NCBI GenBank assembly: GCA_951406725.2
Contig: OX597820.1
Coordinates: 85,250,001-85,314,000 of the forward strand
Source of the DNA: Octopus vulgaris
Taxonomy: Eukaryota
Length of the DNA: 64,000 nucleotides
Direction of reading: 5' to 3'
The first letter of the stretch is position 1. Every line of letters begins with the position of its first letter. The notes beneath the pieces were generated by a model. That model was given only the letters and a program-made list of their open reading frames with translations. It was not told where the DNA came from and ran no database searches. Position numbers and translations under genes: made by a program. Shown in pieces: positions 1 through 12,028 of the stretch.

Positions 1-59
1 ACACACATGCGCATTATTCTCTTATAAAATCTTTTGAACTTCCGAGATATTGGTCCAAA

Positions 60-2130
60 TGAGTGAAATATGCGTTATAGAAGAACTTTTCAAAAATAAT
101 TTTTGAAAAAACGATTTCAAAGAAAGCAATGAATTATAAATGATGGCAGACCAACGCCGAAATTACCTAATTTGCGGAGTTCCAACAAGAAATATATTGG
201 ACAATTTCAGAGTAACCTATCTGAAAGAAAATAAATAAGCTATTCCGATGGTCATGCTTGTTTAGGAAAAGATTAGAAAAAGCTGTTTGGATTAATAAAG
301 GTTTCGAGGCCATGCTACAAAATAAACATTCTGAAAGACATGAAATCTTTGATAGATCTTAAAATATTTGGGAATATTTGCATAGACTTACAATTACTTT
401 CATCTAAAAAAAAACACACACACACAGAGTATACAACAGTGTGATAAGATGTTAGAAAATGTAAATTCATTTTACAGTATTAGATTGTTGCAGTTATTTT
501 TTCGGTGACCATTTTGGTGGTCATTTTGAATCCAAAAATGCAATAATCGTGCAAATCATAAAGAGCTCTTATATTTAATCAGTAAATATGGCTGAAAATT
601 GGCAAGCCATCTTCATACAGTTTCTTTTCACAGATCTCTCAAACAGAATTCAAAATGATTCCATTGATGCAGTTCAAAAAGTTATGTCGGTTCAAATAGA
701 AAATATACTGAAGCAGGCAAAATTCATAGCTATCCTTGTAAATGAAACATCCGATGTATCGGACTATTCACAACTGTCAACCGTTTTACATTATGTCACA
801 AAGGGTTGTGATATTAAAAACTATTCATCGGTTTTAATGATGTTAGTTCCCGTCGTTCATAAAATGCTTTATCTGAGCATGTTCTAAATGCACTGAAACG
901 TGGAAGGGTGCAAACAAATTAATTGCACTTATTTATGCTGGTGCCGCTGCAATGGCAGGACAATTAAATGGGTTGCAGTCAAAAGTAAGCGAGAAATATG
1001 AACGTGCGATCTTTGTTCATTGTTGTGCTCATGTTTTAAGTTAAGTTCGTTCGCAAGCATGCTCTGCTATAAAAGAATGCAAGATATGTTTTTCTTCTTT
1101 TTGTAATGAATGGTGCATTTTTGATTGGGTGCATGTTTGTACGAAATCACCTAAAAGGGATAATGCGTTAGATAACATAGTTAAAAAGATTTCCCAAAGC
1201 TACAGGAGCTACAGGGAAATATTACTCACGTCTTGTTCTTGTTCTTAAAACAAATTAGTAATTTCATAGTCAACCCTTTTGAAGACGTCATCAAAAATCC
1301 AGAGGCATGGGATGAGACCACAATAAATTTTTATATTCGATTCTTACATAATTTAAAAGCTCTTGATTTTCTTATTTTCATTAGAAGTATTTAGTGACGT
1401 TTTTTTTTACATTGATGTCTTATTTAACATCCTTCAAACTAAAAGTCACGACATAGTATTCAATAAAGACCAACTAGATAAAACTATAACAATGCTCCAA
1501 AATAAACTCGATGATTTTTCAATATTCTCTTTTGAGAGAAATATGGAATCGATGAAAAATCGAAATTAAAAGATTCAGTCAATAAATCTATTGATCTCCA
1601 ACAACACTATAGAATGTTATATAATAAAGTTATTGACACAATAGTCAACCATTTAAACACCCGATACTCATCCTTAGAGGAGCTTAAATTCATAAACCAT
1701 TTCAATTTCAGCAAGTGAGGAATATCACAAGCAATTTCCAGTGGACGCTTTAAATTCTTTAAAATCCACTCATGGTGGATTTTTCTTCACATAATACGAT
1801 TACAGAGTGAACAAAATGTTTTGTATTCTATGCAAGAGTTTAAAAAGCAAAGTGTGAGCAATGTAATGCATTACATTTACATCAATGATCTGATTGAAGC
1901 CATACCAGAACTCTTAAATCGTTCAACCTTATTTTCACAATTCCGTCTACAACTGCTTCTAAAGTTTACCAAAGAAATACAATAGGAGAGAAAAGACTTT
2001 CAGGATTGGCTTCCATGTCAATTGAGTAATATTTAATTTAACAATTGATTAAAATACAACATTTTTATGACAATGTAATAAATATATTTTCCGAGAAAAA
2101 TCGAATAACTGAATTAATTTATAAACAAGG
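60..2130 (+). mobile_element. Decayed hAT-superfamily DNA transposon (ZMYM1/DUF4371-type transposase pseudogene)
   Basis: Broken frames give FIAILVNETSDVSDYSQLSTVLHYV (ORF 588-887, DET motif region), YAGAAAMAGQLNGLQSKV...AIFVHCCAHVL (~933-1040, CxxH motif), and IPSTTAS / EKRLSGLASMSIE (~1940-2027, hAT dimerisation domain). Many stops and frameshifts; TIRs not identified. Confidence 0.85.
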
Positions 2131-2267
2131 TATGTAAATAATAATTTTTTGTACATCTTTTTTTAAATTTTTAAACGCATTAAAACAGAAACCATCATGG
2201 TCATGTTAGAGAAATAATTTGGTTCTCTTAATTAAACAATATCAAAACGGAATCAGCTCAACCAATA

Positions 2268-3930
2268 AATAAGATGCTGCGTTGAAAGGTTGATAGGCTG
2301 TCTAGGAAAGAATGATGCTAGAAGTTTTGCATGCGTTCACTTCAACTCTACATATTACTAACAGCATGTCTTCCTTTCAGGTAAACTGACATCTGATTCT
2401 TCAAAGAATATTTCAAATGTAACTAGTAGCAACTTCTCTCGAAAATAAATAAAATTTAGCATCGTGGTGTTATCACATACCTTCAGAGAAAGGCCTTAGT
2501 CCCCAAACATGTTTATACTGACATAGTTGCTACATTACAGGATAACACCCCAGCTTTATCAACAGTGCAGAAGAGGGCAGCTGAAATTTGGAGGAGAAGA
2601 GAGAATCTTGAAGACGGTCCAAGGTCTGGACGTGCCACAACTGTAACCACTCAAGAAAACATTGATCGTGTTCACCACATGTTAATGGATAACAGGCGAT
2701 CGACTATAAATCAAATAGCCAATATTATTAGCATATCCTGTACGAGTTGAGAATAATCTGCACAATGGACTTGGGATGACGAATGTTCATGCTCGATGTG
2801 TGCCACGTCTTCAGACACCTCATCAAAAGTGCACCAGATTGATCACATTGCGGGAATATATGACATTGTTTGAGGCAGGTACAGCTAGTTTCCTTGAAAG
2901 TTTCCTAACCTAAGTTGTGTTCTGGCTTCATCGCATTGAACAGAAACAAAGATGCAATCCATGCCGTGGAAATACTCCTCTTCATCCGCTTCAAAGAAGG
3001 CAGTGTCGTTTCATTTGCAGGGAAGGTGATGGTCTCTGCTTTTCGGAATGCAAAAAGTATTGTGTTTATTGACTATCTTCAAAATGATCACACTATCAGT
3101 GGAGAGTTCTATGTCAACTGGCTAAGGCAATTACGAAAGGCTATCAAGAACAAACGCCTCGAAAAACTGAGGAAGTGTGTCTTGTTTCATAAGGACAATG
3201 CGTCATTACACTCGTCGTTAGTTTCAATGGCTGATGTACTTGACTGATTTTAAACTAATACTAATTTGGCTCCATCTGATTATCATCTGTTTCTCAACAT
3301 GAAAAAACTGTTGGCTGAGCAACAGTATAGCGGTGACGATTACATCTTATATGCTGTTGATGACTCTTTTGACCAACAGAATAGCTTCTTCACTAATGTG
3401 ATCTAAGCACTACAGGAGGCGCAATGGCCCAGTGGTTAGAGCAGCGGACTCGCGGTCATAGGATCGCGGTTTCGATTCCCAGACCGGGCGTTGTGAGTGT
3501 TTATTGAGCGAAAAACACCTAAAGCTCCACGAGGCTCCGGCAGGGATGGTGGTGATTCCTGCTGTACTCTTTCACCACAACTTTCTCTCACTCTTACTTC
3601 CTGTTTCTGTTGTACCTGTATTTCAAAGGGCCGGCCTTGTCACTCTCTGTGTCACGCTGAATATCCCCGAGGACTAGGTTAAGGGTACACGTGTCTGTGG
3701 AGTGCTCAGCCACTTACACGTTAATTTCACGAGCAGGCTGTTCCGTTGATTCGGATCAATCGAAACCCTCGTCGTCGTAACCGACGGAGTGCTTCCTTCC
3801 TCCTAAGCACTGCAACGCTGATGAAAGTATGCAGACAGTAATAGAAACTATGTTAAAAAAAGAACTTCATTTGATCACATTCCATGCGAAGGTCTTGCTC
3901 AGCCTATGAACTTTTCAGCCGACCCTTATA
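2268..3930 (+). mobile_element. Decayed mariner (Tc1/mariner, DD34D) transposon interrupted by a SINE
   Basis: LEDGPRSGRATTVTTQENIDRVHHMLMDNRRSTINQIA (HTH), ARCVPRL (WVPxxL-like), GKVMVSAF...IVFIDYL, LFHKDNA and LAPSDYHLF motifs. Degenerate TIRs: 'taagatgctgcgttgaaaggttgataggctg' (~2270-2300) versus 'cagcctatgaacttttcagccgaccctta' (~3900-3928). Confidence 0.88.
3415..3802 (+). mobile_element. tRNA-derived SINE, family A (full length, with target-site duplication)
   Basis: tRNA-like head with A box (tggcccagtgg) and B box (ggtttcgattcc). Flanked by a 12-bp TSD ctaagcactaca (3403-3414) / ctaagcactgca (3803-3814). Similar copies at 9079, 30070 and 35665. Confidence 0.9.
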
Positions 3931-3962
3931 ATAATAAAAAATATCATTATACCCGTATTTAA

Positions 3963-4130
3963 GGCGGCCAGCTAACAGATCCGTTAGCATGCCGGGCAAA
4001 ATGCTTAACAGTATTTCGTCCGTCTATACGTTCTGAGTTCAAATTCCACTGAGGCTGACTTTGCCGTGCATCATTTAGTGGTCAATAAATTAAGTATTAG
4101 TGAAATACTGGAGTCTGTGTGATCGATATT
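3963..4130 (+). mobile_element. tRNA-derived SINE, family B (truncated)
   Basis: 'ggcggccagctaacagatccgttagc...gagttcaaattcc' matches the cleaner copy at 50450-50680. Confidence 0.75.
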
Positions 4131-4134
4131 ATCA

Positions 4135-4492
4135 CGAGGCATCTCTTATCTGCTCGGATCTTGGCTGTTTCTTACTGATGAATCTATCGGCCTATGGAAG
4201 ATTGGCTTGATTTAATTTAATCAGGTTAGTTTACCATTAAACAATAGATGAAACGGTGCATCGTATAAGAAATTACAGGGTAAATGTTTTTTTAATTTTC
4301 TCCTGGTTTGCGGAATTGATGTTATTTTGCGGTTGAAGCTTTGGCTGTTATTTCTAGTGGGTGAATGGCCTATTATGGCCATTCCTTGATTGTGATGTTG
4401 AACTTATAAATGGTCTATGACTATTTAATTTTTTCCCACTAGGCCGCTGGTGGCAAATAAATTCTACGAAATTTTTTGCCACCCTATATTGA

Positions 4493-4500
<8 letters not shown>
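4135..4500 (+). mobile_element. Diverged, 5'-truncated monomer of the 493-bp hammerhead-bearing (retrozyme-like) element
   Basis: Colinear with the 38.9-40.3 kb repeat unit (shared 'ggaagattggcttgatttaatttaatcaggttagtttaccattaa' and 'ggccgctggtggcaaa...tttgccaccctatattgattaatta'). Ends in (TA)n. Confidence 0.9.
4167..4273 (+). ncRNA. Type I hammerhead ribozyme, extended helix II
   Basis: Helix I gtttctta/taagaaat; CTGATGA 4175-4181; helix II atctat/atagat; GAAA 4250-4253; helix III cg-gtgcat-cg; cleavage triplet GTA 4263-4265. Confidence 0.85.
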
Positions 4501-4536
<36 letters not shown>

Positions 4537-4582
4537 GTACACACATGTGTATATATATTCGTAACACACTTCCATACACAGA

Positions 4583-4780
4583 TTCTTATTTCTTTATTGC
4601 CCACAAAGTGCTAAACATAGAGGGGACAAACAAGGACAGACAAATGGATTAAGTCGATTACATCGACCCCAATGCGTAACTGGAACTTAATTTATCGACC
4701 TCGAAAGGATGAAAGGCAAAGCCGACCTCGGCAGAATTTGAACTCAGAACGTAAAGATAGACGAAATACCGCTAAGCCTT
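4583..4780 (-). mobile_element. tRNA-derived SINE, family B
   Basis: Reverse complement of the 50450-50680 copy (ttctttattgcccacaa...ggacaaacaaggacagaca...gaatttgaactcagaacgtaa). Confidence 0.85.
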
Positions 4781-4942
4781 TCCGCACACAGATTCTATCT
4801 ACCTTATGCACTTACAAGGCATTCGTCGGCTCGGGACTGTTGTTGAAGACATGCCTAAATTGTCGTGCAATGGGATTGAACCCGAAAAGGGGTGACAGCA
4901 AAGAAGGCTATAAATACACACGCACATACAGGACTGTGTGTG

Positions 4943-4999
<57 letters not shown>

Positions 5000-5089
5000 T
5001 ATGCTCACACACGCGCGCACGCACACACACACACACACACACAAACATCCATATGATTCATTTTAACCAGTGTATATCTGCATTTTTAG

Positions 5090-5267
5090 GTATCGCTCTT
5101 GTTTCCATTTTATCTTCCATCAAGGACAAAAAGAAGGTGCTTATGACCATTTAGAGGACATCCAATACTGGTGGGAGAGAAACGGAGAACGGTGTTGTCA
5201 ATCAGGAGACCTAGCTGAAGCTTACAACAAACTGCAATCTGTTTATATCACCGTAGATGCAATGTAA
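5090..5267 (+). CDS. Candidate terminal coding exon of an unidentified host gene
   Basis: Branch-like ttttaac (5061-5067), acceptor tttttag (5083-5089), then a non-repetitive, more GC-balanced open frame YRSCFHFIFHQGQKEGAYDHLEDIQYWWERNGERCCQSGDLAEAYNKLQSVYITVDAM*, followed by ATTAAA (~5287). Protein not recognised. Confidence 0.35.
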
Positions 5268-5878
5268 TAGAGTCAAGTCTTAACTCATTAAAGTGTTGTT
5301 AGACTTCATTACTAAGATTAGAATTACAACTGACAATGTTTCTGTCACACATAGCAATTCATAACTCAGAATGTTCGACAATAATTTTTACTCAAACTGA
5401 ATACCGTTGCATTCATCGATATCGGTCTTTTACATAAAAAATTTCGGAAAGATAATACAGACATTATGTAAGGATGTTGTTACTTAAAAATTGACCTTTG
5501 TGAATTGACTCACAATTTCTTTCTAGAATCAGAATTATTTCAACTACTTCAAGTTAAAATTTGAAAGGAAACAACAAAAACACGACTGAATGCGTAAACA
5601 TCCATAATACAATTGTTATCCTCGTTTAGAGAGATTTAAAGAAAAAATTATACACACACACACACACATATACAGATGTATGTTATTGAATGTGTGTTGA
5701 GTGTGTATCTGTGAGTGCCCACAGTTTCGACACATTTGAAATGAAGTGTGATATTGGTAATTAAAGAATCCTATTCTATTAAGTAGGAAAAAAAACTCGA
5801 TATTTTCACAGGTTTAAGTCTGTCAGTGTTATTAACTGTCTTGTAAATATATAACAGCTCGAAACATTGATATTTCAT

Positions 5879-5911
<33 letters not shown>

Positions 5912-8900
5912 ATAAGTATGTATGTGTGCGTGTCGTATGTCTGCCTGCAAATATATATATATATATATATATATAAGGTCTATCTCAAGAGATTTTCTAT
6001 AGACCTCACATACAGCACTGAATGTTGTGATGTTTCGTATATGAATATGTCTAAGTAAACAATGTAATCGGAGACAGAAAATAGGCAATGTGTGTACATG
6101 CAAATGTCAGGAGGTATTAATACTTTTTCAGCACCTCATCCACCCCCTTATCTATCCACAAACACACTGCTTAAATAACATCTTATTTAAGTTTAGCTGT
6201 GTAACACTATTCGATAAAGCAGTTTTATTTATGAAAACATTTTACTGACGACTGGTAAGTACATATTAATAGCTGGTAGATACACTCTTTTTCGATTTGC
6301 ATCCATAATAATCTACGAAGTTTATTAAATGTTTATAAGTCAATATTGTGTCCTACATTGTGTCTGCAGTGCGGTATTTCCATTTTCTTTTTTTCTTAGT
6401 GTATATTTACAGATTTTCTACAGAATTTAATTTCAGAAATGAAAGTTACGAATATGCCTGTGTAAATAATGCAATCAAAGATGGAAAATTTGGTAATGAG
6501 TATATTTTCATATTTCAGAAGTTATTGAATCTTTTTCAGCATCACATCCAACCTATTAACTATCCACGAATACGTTGCTTAAATAATATAAATTATAAGT
6601 GTCCTTGTAGTTTCGCAAATGTATGAAGTGCTGATAATTGCGAATAGAATTAGTGACAGTGTGGTTGTTACATGAAGAATAATAAAAGTATTTATTCCAA
6701 ACTGATTTTTATTCACGATAACTTTGTACCGAAATTTTCGTAGTGATCCTGTTAAATTTGTTTGTGTGTTTTGTGTGTGTACTTGATGCGTGTGTACTTG
6801 GTGTTTATGCTGGGTATGTGTGTGTGTTTGTGTGTGTCTATGTGTGCGTGTGTTTGTGTGTGTGTGTGTGTGTATGTGTGTGAAATGTACAGTAATGATC
6901 TAAATAAAGTCATAGCAATTTAACTTTTTGTCGGAATGACTGGCAGAGCCCTTAAACCACAACGGAATATCTGTGGCCCTTGGAAGCAAGCAAAGGTGAT
7001 GATACGTTAAAAACAGTCGCACTTACAACAACGTAGACTCTGCGAAAGGCACTTAGGCTACATGATGGTAGTTTTAAACGGGCTGACAGGGAAAATCGCG
7101 CATATAGTTCAATCTAACAATGCCCAGAGTATTAAAATTTTCTATGCAACTACAAACCAACTTTAATTCAAGCTTAATCGTCTTAAATACCAGTTTTGAA
7201 AGAATGGATCCCGCATCATGGCAATCATTTAAATGCTTTTCGTATCATATTTCAATGTGATGAAGTTAAATGGTAAAGATGAATTCCGTATATATTTAAA
7301 ATCCACTTGATTACGATAATGTAGATTACTAGCCTGTTTATACATAAGGTTATTCAGTAAATTAAAGGCTAGATTGAATATAGCCCTTCTCCATCGATGG
7401 TGAAAAAAAGTTGAGTGTGTCACTGTGTAAATCTTCCACTGCACATGTTTAGTGAATTTTTCGAAATTGCTGTGGTATTTTAGCTTACATCCATTGAAAA
7501 CAAGTCTAACGTGAGGCTTAAAACGGTTATAATCAAACTGGAAATCTCATACGAATACTTGTAATATAGTAGATCCATTAAAGGTACCAAAAGTAATGCT
7601 GATGATAAACCGAGTGACGTTGTCATTCTGCAGTATAAAAATAGCAGGAGTCCTTCCGAGCAGCATTTTCCCTTCAATAAATCTCATTCAAAATTATTTG
7701 GTCGGCTAAATAGTATAGCAAAGTTTATGTTCTGCACATCTTACGCAGCAGTTTGAACGCAAAACCACGTTGTTGCTAAGCCTCTTTCTAACTGTAGAGC
7801 CACACCTAAATGCTTCGATAGAACAAAGCAGATTAACGATATGTAAGACTGACAGCCAAAAATAATTAGGTCAGGAGAATCTAGAAAAAGATAACTGCGT
7901 TTAATTCCTCATGTCAAGACAAATTATTGTGCATCTGTATCAAGAAAATGTATTACCGCTAACCTAATGCTGATTTTGCAGTTTACATTTAGAAGCATAA
8001 CAAATTCGGTTAAAAGATGTACGAGAAATCATCCTAAATTATGTTTGCTGAAGATGTTACAGTCGTGGATTATATGTATCCTATTCGTATTGTATGTATT
8101 ATTGTACCGATTCAGTAAGTAAAATATAACGTATTTTTCTTACAAACACTTAGTAAATGTGTTCATATAAATCCTTCATTTTCCTGCAGTGATTAATCAT
8201 TATACGCAATTGATGTCTTTGTTACTTTTATCTGAGAAATGCAAATTTCTTTCGCTTAGCAAAATCATCATTGTTTACTGACAAGTAAATCTAGGAATTC
8301 ATTGTCTGATGGAATAGTAAGGGCAATAGTTTGACAGAATCATTTGAGCGTAGTACAAAATGCTTTGACATCCTTTACCCGACTCTTTGTGTACTAACTT
8401 CAATTCCTACCGAGGTCAACGTTGCCTTTCATCCACCTGGCGTCGAGCCAATCAAGTTTGATTTCTACATTCAAAACTACCGACCTTGTACCTAACAGAA
8501 AAAAAAAATTATTCGGGTTGTTATTTCAGCATTTCAACGGTGTAACTATACATATATAATCTATTTCATTTGCCTCGAAGATAATAGATAAAAAATAATG
8601 ATAGTATTTTTCAAAGTTTTCTGATTTTCTGTAGATTTCCGAAAGAACAACCTATATTGATCATTGCTAAGTTTGGAAATTAGATTCAGCAAATAATCAC
8701 CAGTATAAAATCTCTTGTGAATAAATAGAATCTCTCATTAGTTCATCGAAATTGTTATATACAATTTGGTCGAAAGCAAGAATGCTTATAGCACTGAAAA
8801 AAAAATCTTAGAATATTCGTTCCATTGCTTTTCATTGTTAGTTCAAATCCCGGTTTTGTTTTTCATCCTTTCAGGTTCAAAACGTGGTTGGATAATTTTT

Positions 8901-9078
8901 GCCAGAAGAAATTTCGAGAGAGTTTACCTAATGGAAAAGAGAAATGCGAGAATTATTCTAACATCGAATTTAACCATGTACATTGGTATGAATGTCTCCT
9001 TGCTTGGGGAACCCATGCCCCTCCGATCATCAGTAATAAAAACATAAAACTTTGAAGATGGTTCTTTTTATATAGCGT

Positions 9079-9380
9079 GGAGGTGCCATGGCCCAGTGGT
9101 TAGGGTAGCAGTCTCGCGGTCGGAGTATCACGGTTTCGATTCCCAGACTGGGCGTTGTGTGTGTTTATTGAGCGAAAGCACCTAAAAGCTCCACGAGGCT
9201 CCGGCAGCGTGGGGGGCGACCCTTGTTGTACTCTTTCGCCACAGCTTTCTCTCACTCTCTCTTCCTGTTTCTTGAGTTACGGATCGATGGACTGGCGTCC
9301 CGTCCAGATGGGGAGAACACATACGCCACAGAAACCCGGAAACCGGGCCCATGAAACTGGCTAGGCTTGAAAAGGGTGAC
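9079..9380 (+). mobile_element. tRNA-derived SINE, family A (variant 3' half)
   Basis: Head and first ~190 bp match 3415-3610; the 3' part differs (gatggactggcgtcccgtccag...ccgggcccatga). Confidence 0.85.
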
Positions 9381-11616
9381 GTTTTTTTTTTATCTTTATA
9401 TAGCAACTGGTTTTATACGATGCATATCGATAGTTTCCATTACTGGAATGTTGCGAGCAGTTTATTTTCAATGAGGAAAACGTCATGTTCTTTCTTTTTC
9501 GATTATAATACCAAGAAGTTGTCAGATGCTCGTCAACTGTAATTTTCAGATATAAATTTAGCTATGCTATCTAGTCTGATAAGGTGTATATGGCTGGTTA
9601 TAGTGATTTGTTAGATTATGAGACGGACATGTTTTAAGATGGTTTACAAAATCGGTGAAGGTTTTTCTGTGCATAAAGTTTTTCATTTAAGCAGGGTAAA
9701 ATTATTGTTCCGTGTGCTAGAAAATTATGACTCGTATTTTTGCGCTGGAGGCAGTAATATATTTAGTTTAACTTTTAGTTGAACGAATTCATCTTTCTTA
9801 ATTGTGATGAATGCTGCATTAGTCATGATGTATGTTATATATATTTCATCAATATATATATATTCATTTTTGTCAATGAAAACAAATTACGATATTTTTA
9901 CTACTGTTTAGTTGTTGCACGTCTTGCTTAACTTTTTGTTATGCACGTTGCTATTGTGTTTGTATAATTCTTTCTTACATCTAATATAATTTACTTATTT
10001 AAAACCTCGCAGTTGTTCATAAAATATATAGGAACATAATACAACCTAAATGAAACAAAGAAGTGGTTCGTGTAATCATTTCATTACTGATATACACCGA
10101 GTGTAGAGATATGTATTGTGCGAAAGAAGCTTTAAATCAACACTTTTTTGACATTAATTTCAATTATCTTATGATCATTCTGCGTATCATTACGTTTCTT
10201 AACCCATCGGTAAATCTTACACGTGATTAGATAAAAAGGAGAGAGAAAAGAAGGAGAGAATAAAAGAGAGGAGGGAAAAGAGGGAAAGAATAAAAGAGAG
10301 AGAGAGAGAGAAGCGTACATGACATGTGGTAGGGGAAACGTAATATTTATTGCGTGGTATAAAAAGTTATTTGATTGTAGTGATATAGAGGAGAGTTATA
10401 GGAATATAATTTTAGCAGATGGGAGATATTCTGATGGTGAGAATAAAAACAGAGAGAGAGAGAAAAGGCGGTGGTGGTGGCGGCCGCGGCAGCGATGGTG
10501 GTGGAGGAGGTAGCGATAGTGAGTGCGTGGTGAAATTGAACTAAGCTTTTTTTTTGTATATCACCTCTCACTTAACACATGTGCATAAATGCAGTTCCAT
10601 GAAATATTTGGGCTTATTTACGGTGTCATATGTACGGTGAACATCCTTAAGCTTATTCTTATGTTTTTATACATGGTGAGCTATATGTTGCATTCTCAAG
10701 GGCTCGCAAATTATCTGATGTGAGAGTTAAAGTTATCATCACTCACAAACAAAGGAAAATAAGAGGGAGAACGAACATGAACAAAGTCTGCAAAAAAGTA
10801 CTGGTTTGAAAGTTGTTCGCAAATTGAAATGTGTATTGGCTCTGATCCGTCGCTTTGGCTTATAAGTTACCAACGATATGGTTTTCAGAATATTCCACGC
10901 AGCATTAAATTTTTACCCCCGTGAAATTGTGACCCCTATATTTTACGTATAAAAATATTTTTACTGTAAAATTTTTCATTTCTTGATATGAAATTGTGAC
11001 TATGTAAATTTTTAAATGATTTTTTTTTCTCTTAATGGGGAAAATAGAAAAATAAGAGTGAATATTTATTTTATGAGTGCTCTGTATTAAGTCTATAAAA
11101 TTGAGCATAAAGCATATAAAGTATATATATGCATTAAGTAATCATCGTATTCAAATTTCCTTCACTTTTCAATGAACAGCAGATGACCGACTATGTTTTG
11201 ATAAAACTACAACACAATCTACACTTTTAGGTTTTCTGGATAAAGTTTTCAGGAATAATCCACTAGGCTTACTATTAATCCAGTGAAATTTTCACGGGTC
11301 CCGCTAATAGAAATATTTTTTTGTAAAGAAGAAAATAGGCGTCTGTGAAATGGATATTTCTGCTGATACCATACCTCATCACCTACTAAAGACTATGTAT
11401 ATAAATATTAACCCTGTTTGTACAATGATGTGGCACACCTCTTTGTTAGAACGTATATTTTCACTGCCACGAACTCGAGAGTGTCCCAAGAATATGCAGA
11501 ATATATTCTGCATTTGTTTCAGCAAAGAGCTGGATTATATTTTCAAATGTCTATTTATTTCACACATAGTTGAATATCGTTACACACGCGCGCACCACAC
11601 ACACACACACGTATGG

Positions 11617-11673
<57 letters not shown>

Positions 11674-11724
11674 CATACATACATACATACATACATACAT
11701 ACATACATACATACATACATACAT
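11617..11724. repeat. Compound (GATA)n-(CATA)n microsatellite
   Basis: Seen directly. Confidence 0.95.
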
Positions 11725-11749
11725 AGAGCCACACATGTACTGGGACACA

Positions 11750-12028
11750 CATACATAGATGCGCATAACCTTTGCTCATACGTAGATGTGCAATTGACTG
11801 AGCACAGACACGCGCACCATTTCCGCAGTTCTGAGAATGAGTATGACGCAGAAGGAGAAAAGGCTGGCCCCTTAGAATTACTGGTACAACTCATTTTTGC
11901 TAATTAAGTGAACTAAATGAACTTGAAGTAAGCGTCTAGCTCAAGGATACAACGCTTAGATGGAAATCGAACTCACGTATTTACGATTGTGAGTCGCATG
12001 CCGTAACCATTAAATCATTTGCCTTCAC
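11750..12028 (-). mobile_element. Old tRNA-derived SINE, family D
   Basis: The minus strand starts 'gtgaaggc...atggttacggc...ctcacaatcgtaaatacgtgagttcgatttcc' (A/B boxes). A related head lies at 44998 on the minus strand. Confidence 0.6.

Noticed and set aside
3415-3490. tRNA gene
   Set aside because: It has A/B boxes but no full cloverleaf. It continues into a multicopy SINE body with a TSD, as do the other SINE heads.
6900-7060. R4/Dong-like LINE 3' end (KTVALTTT*TLRKAL); similar hints at ~26300-27070
   Set aside because: Too short and degenerate to support as a feature without a profile search.
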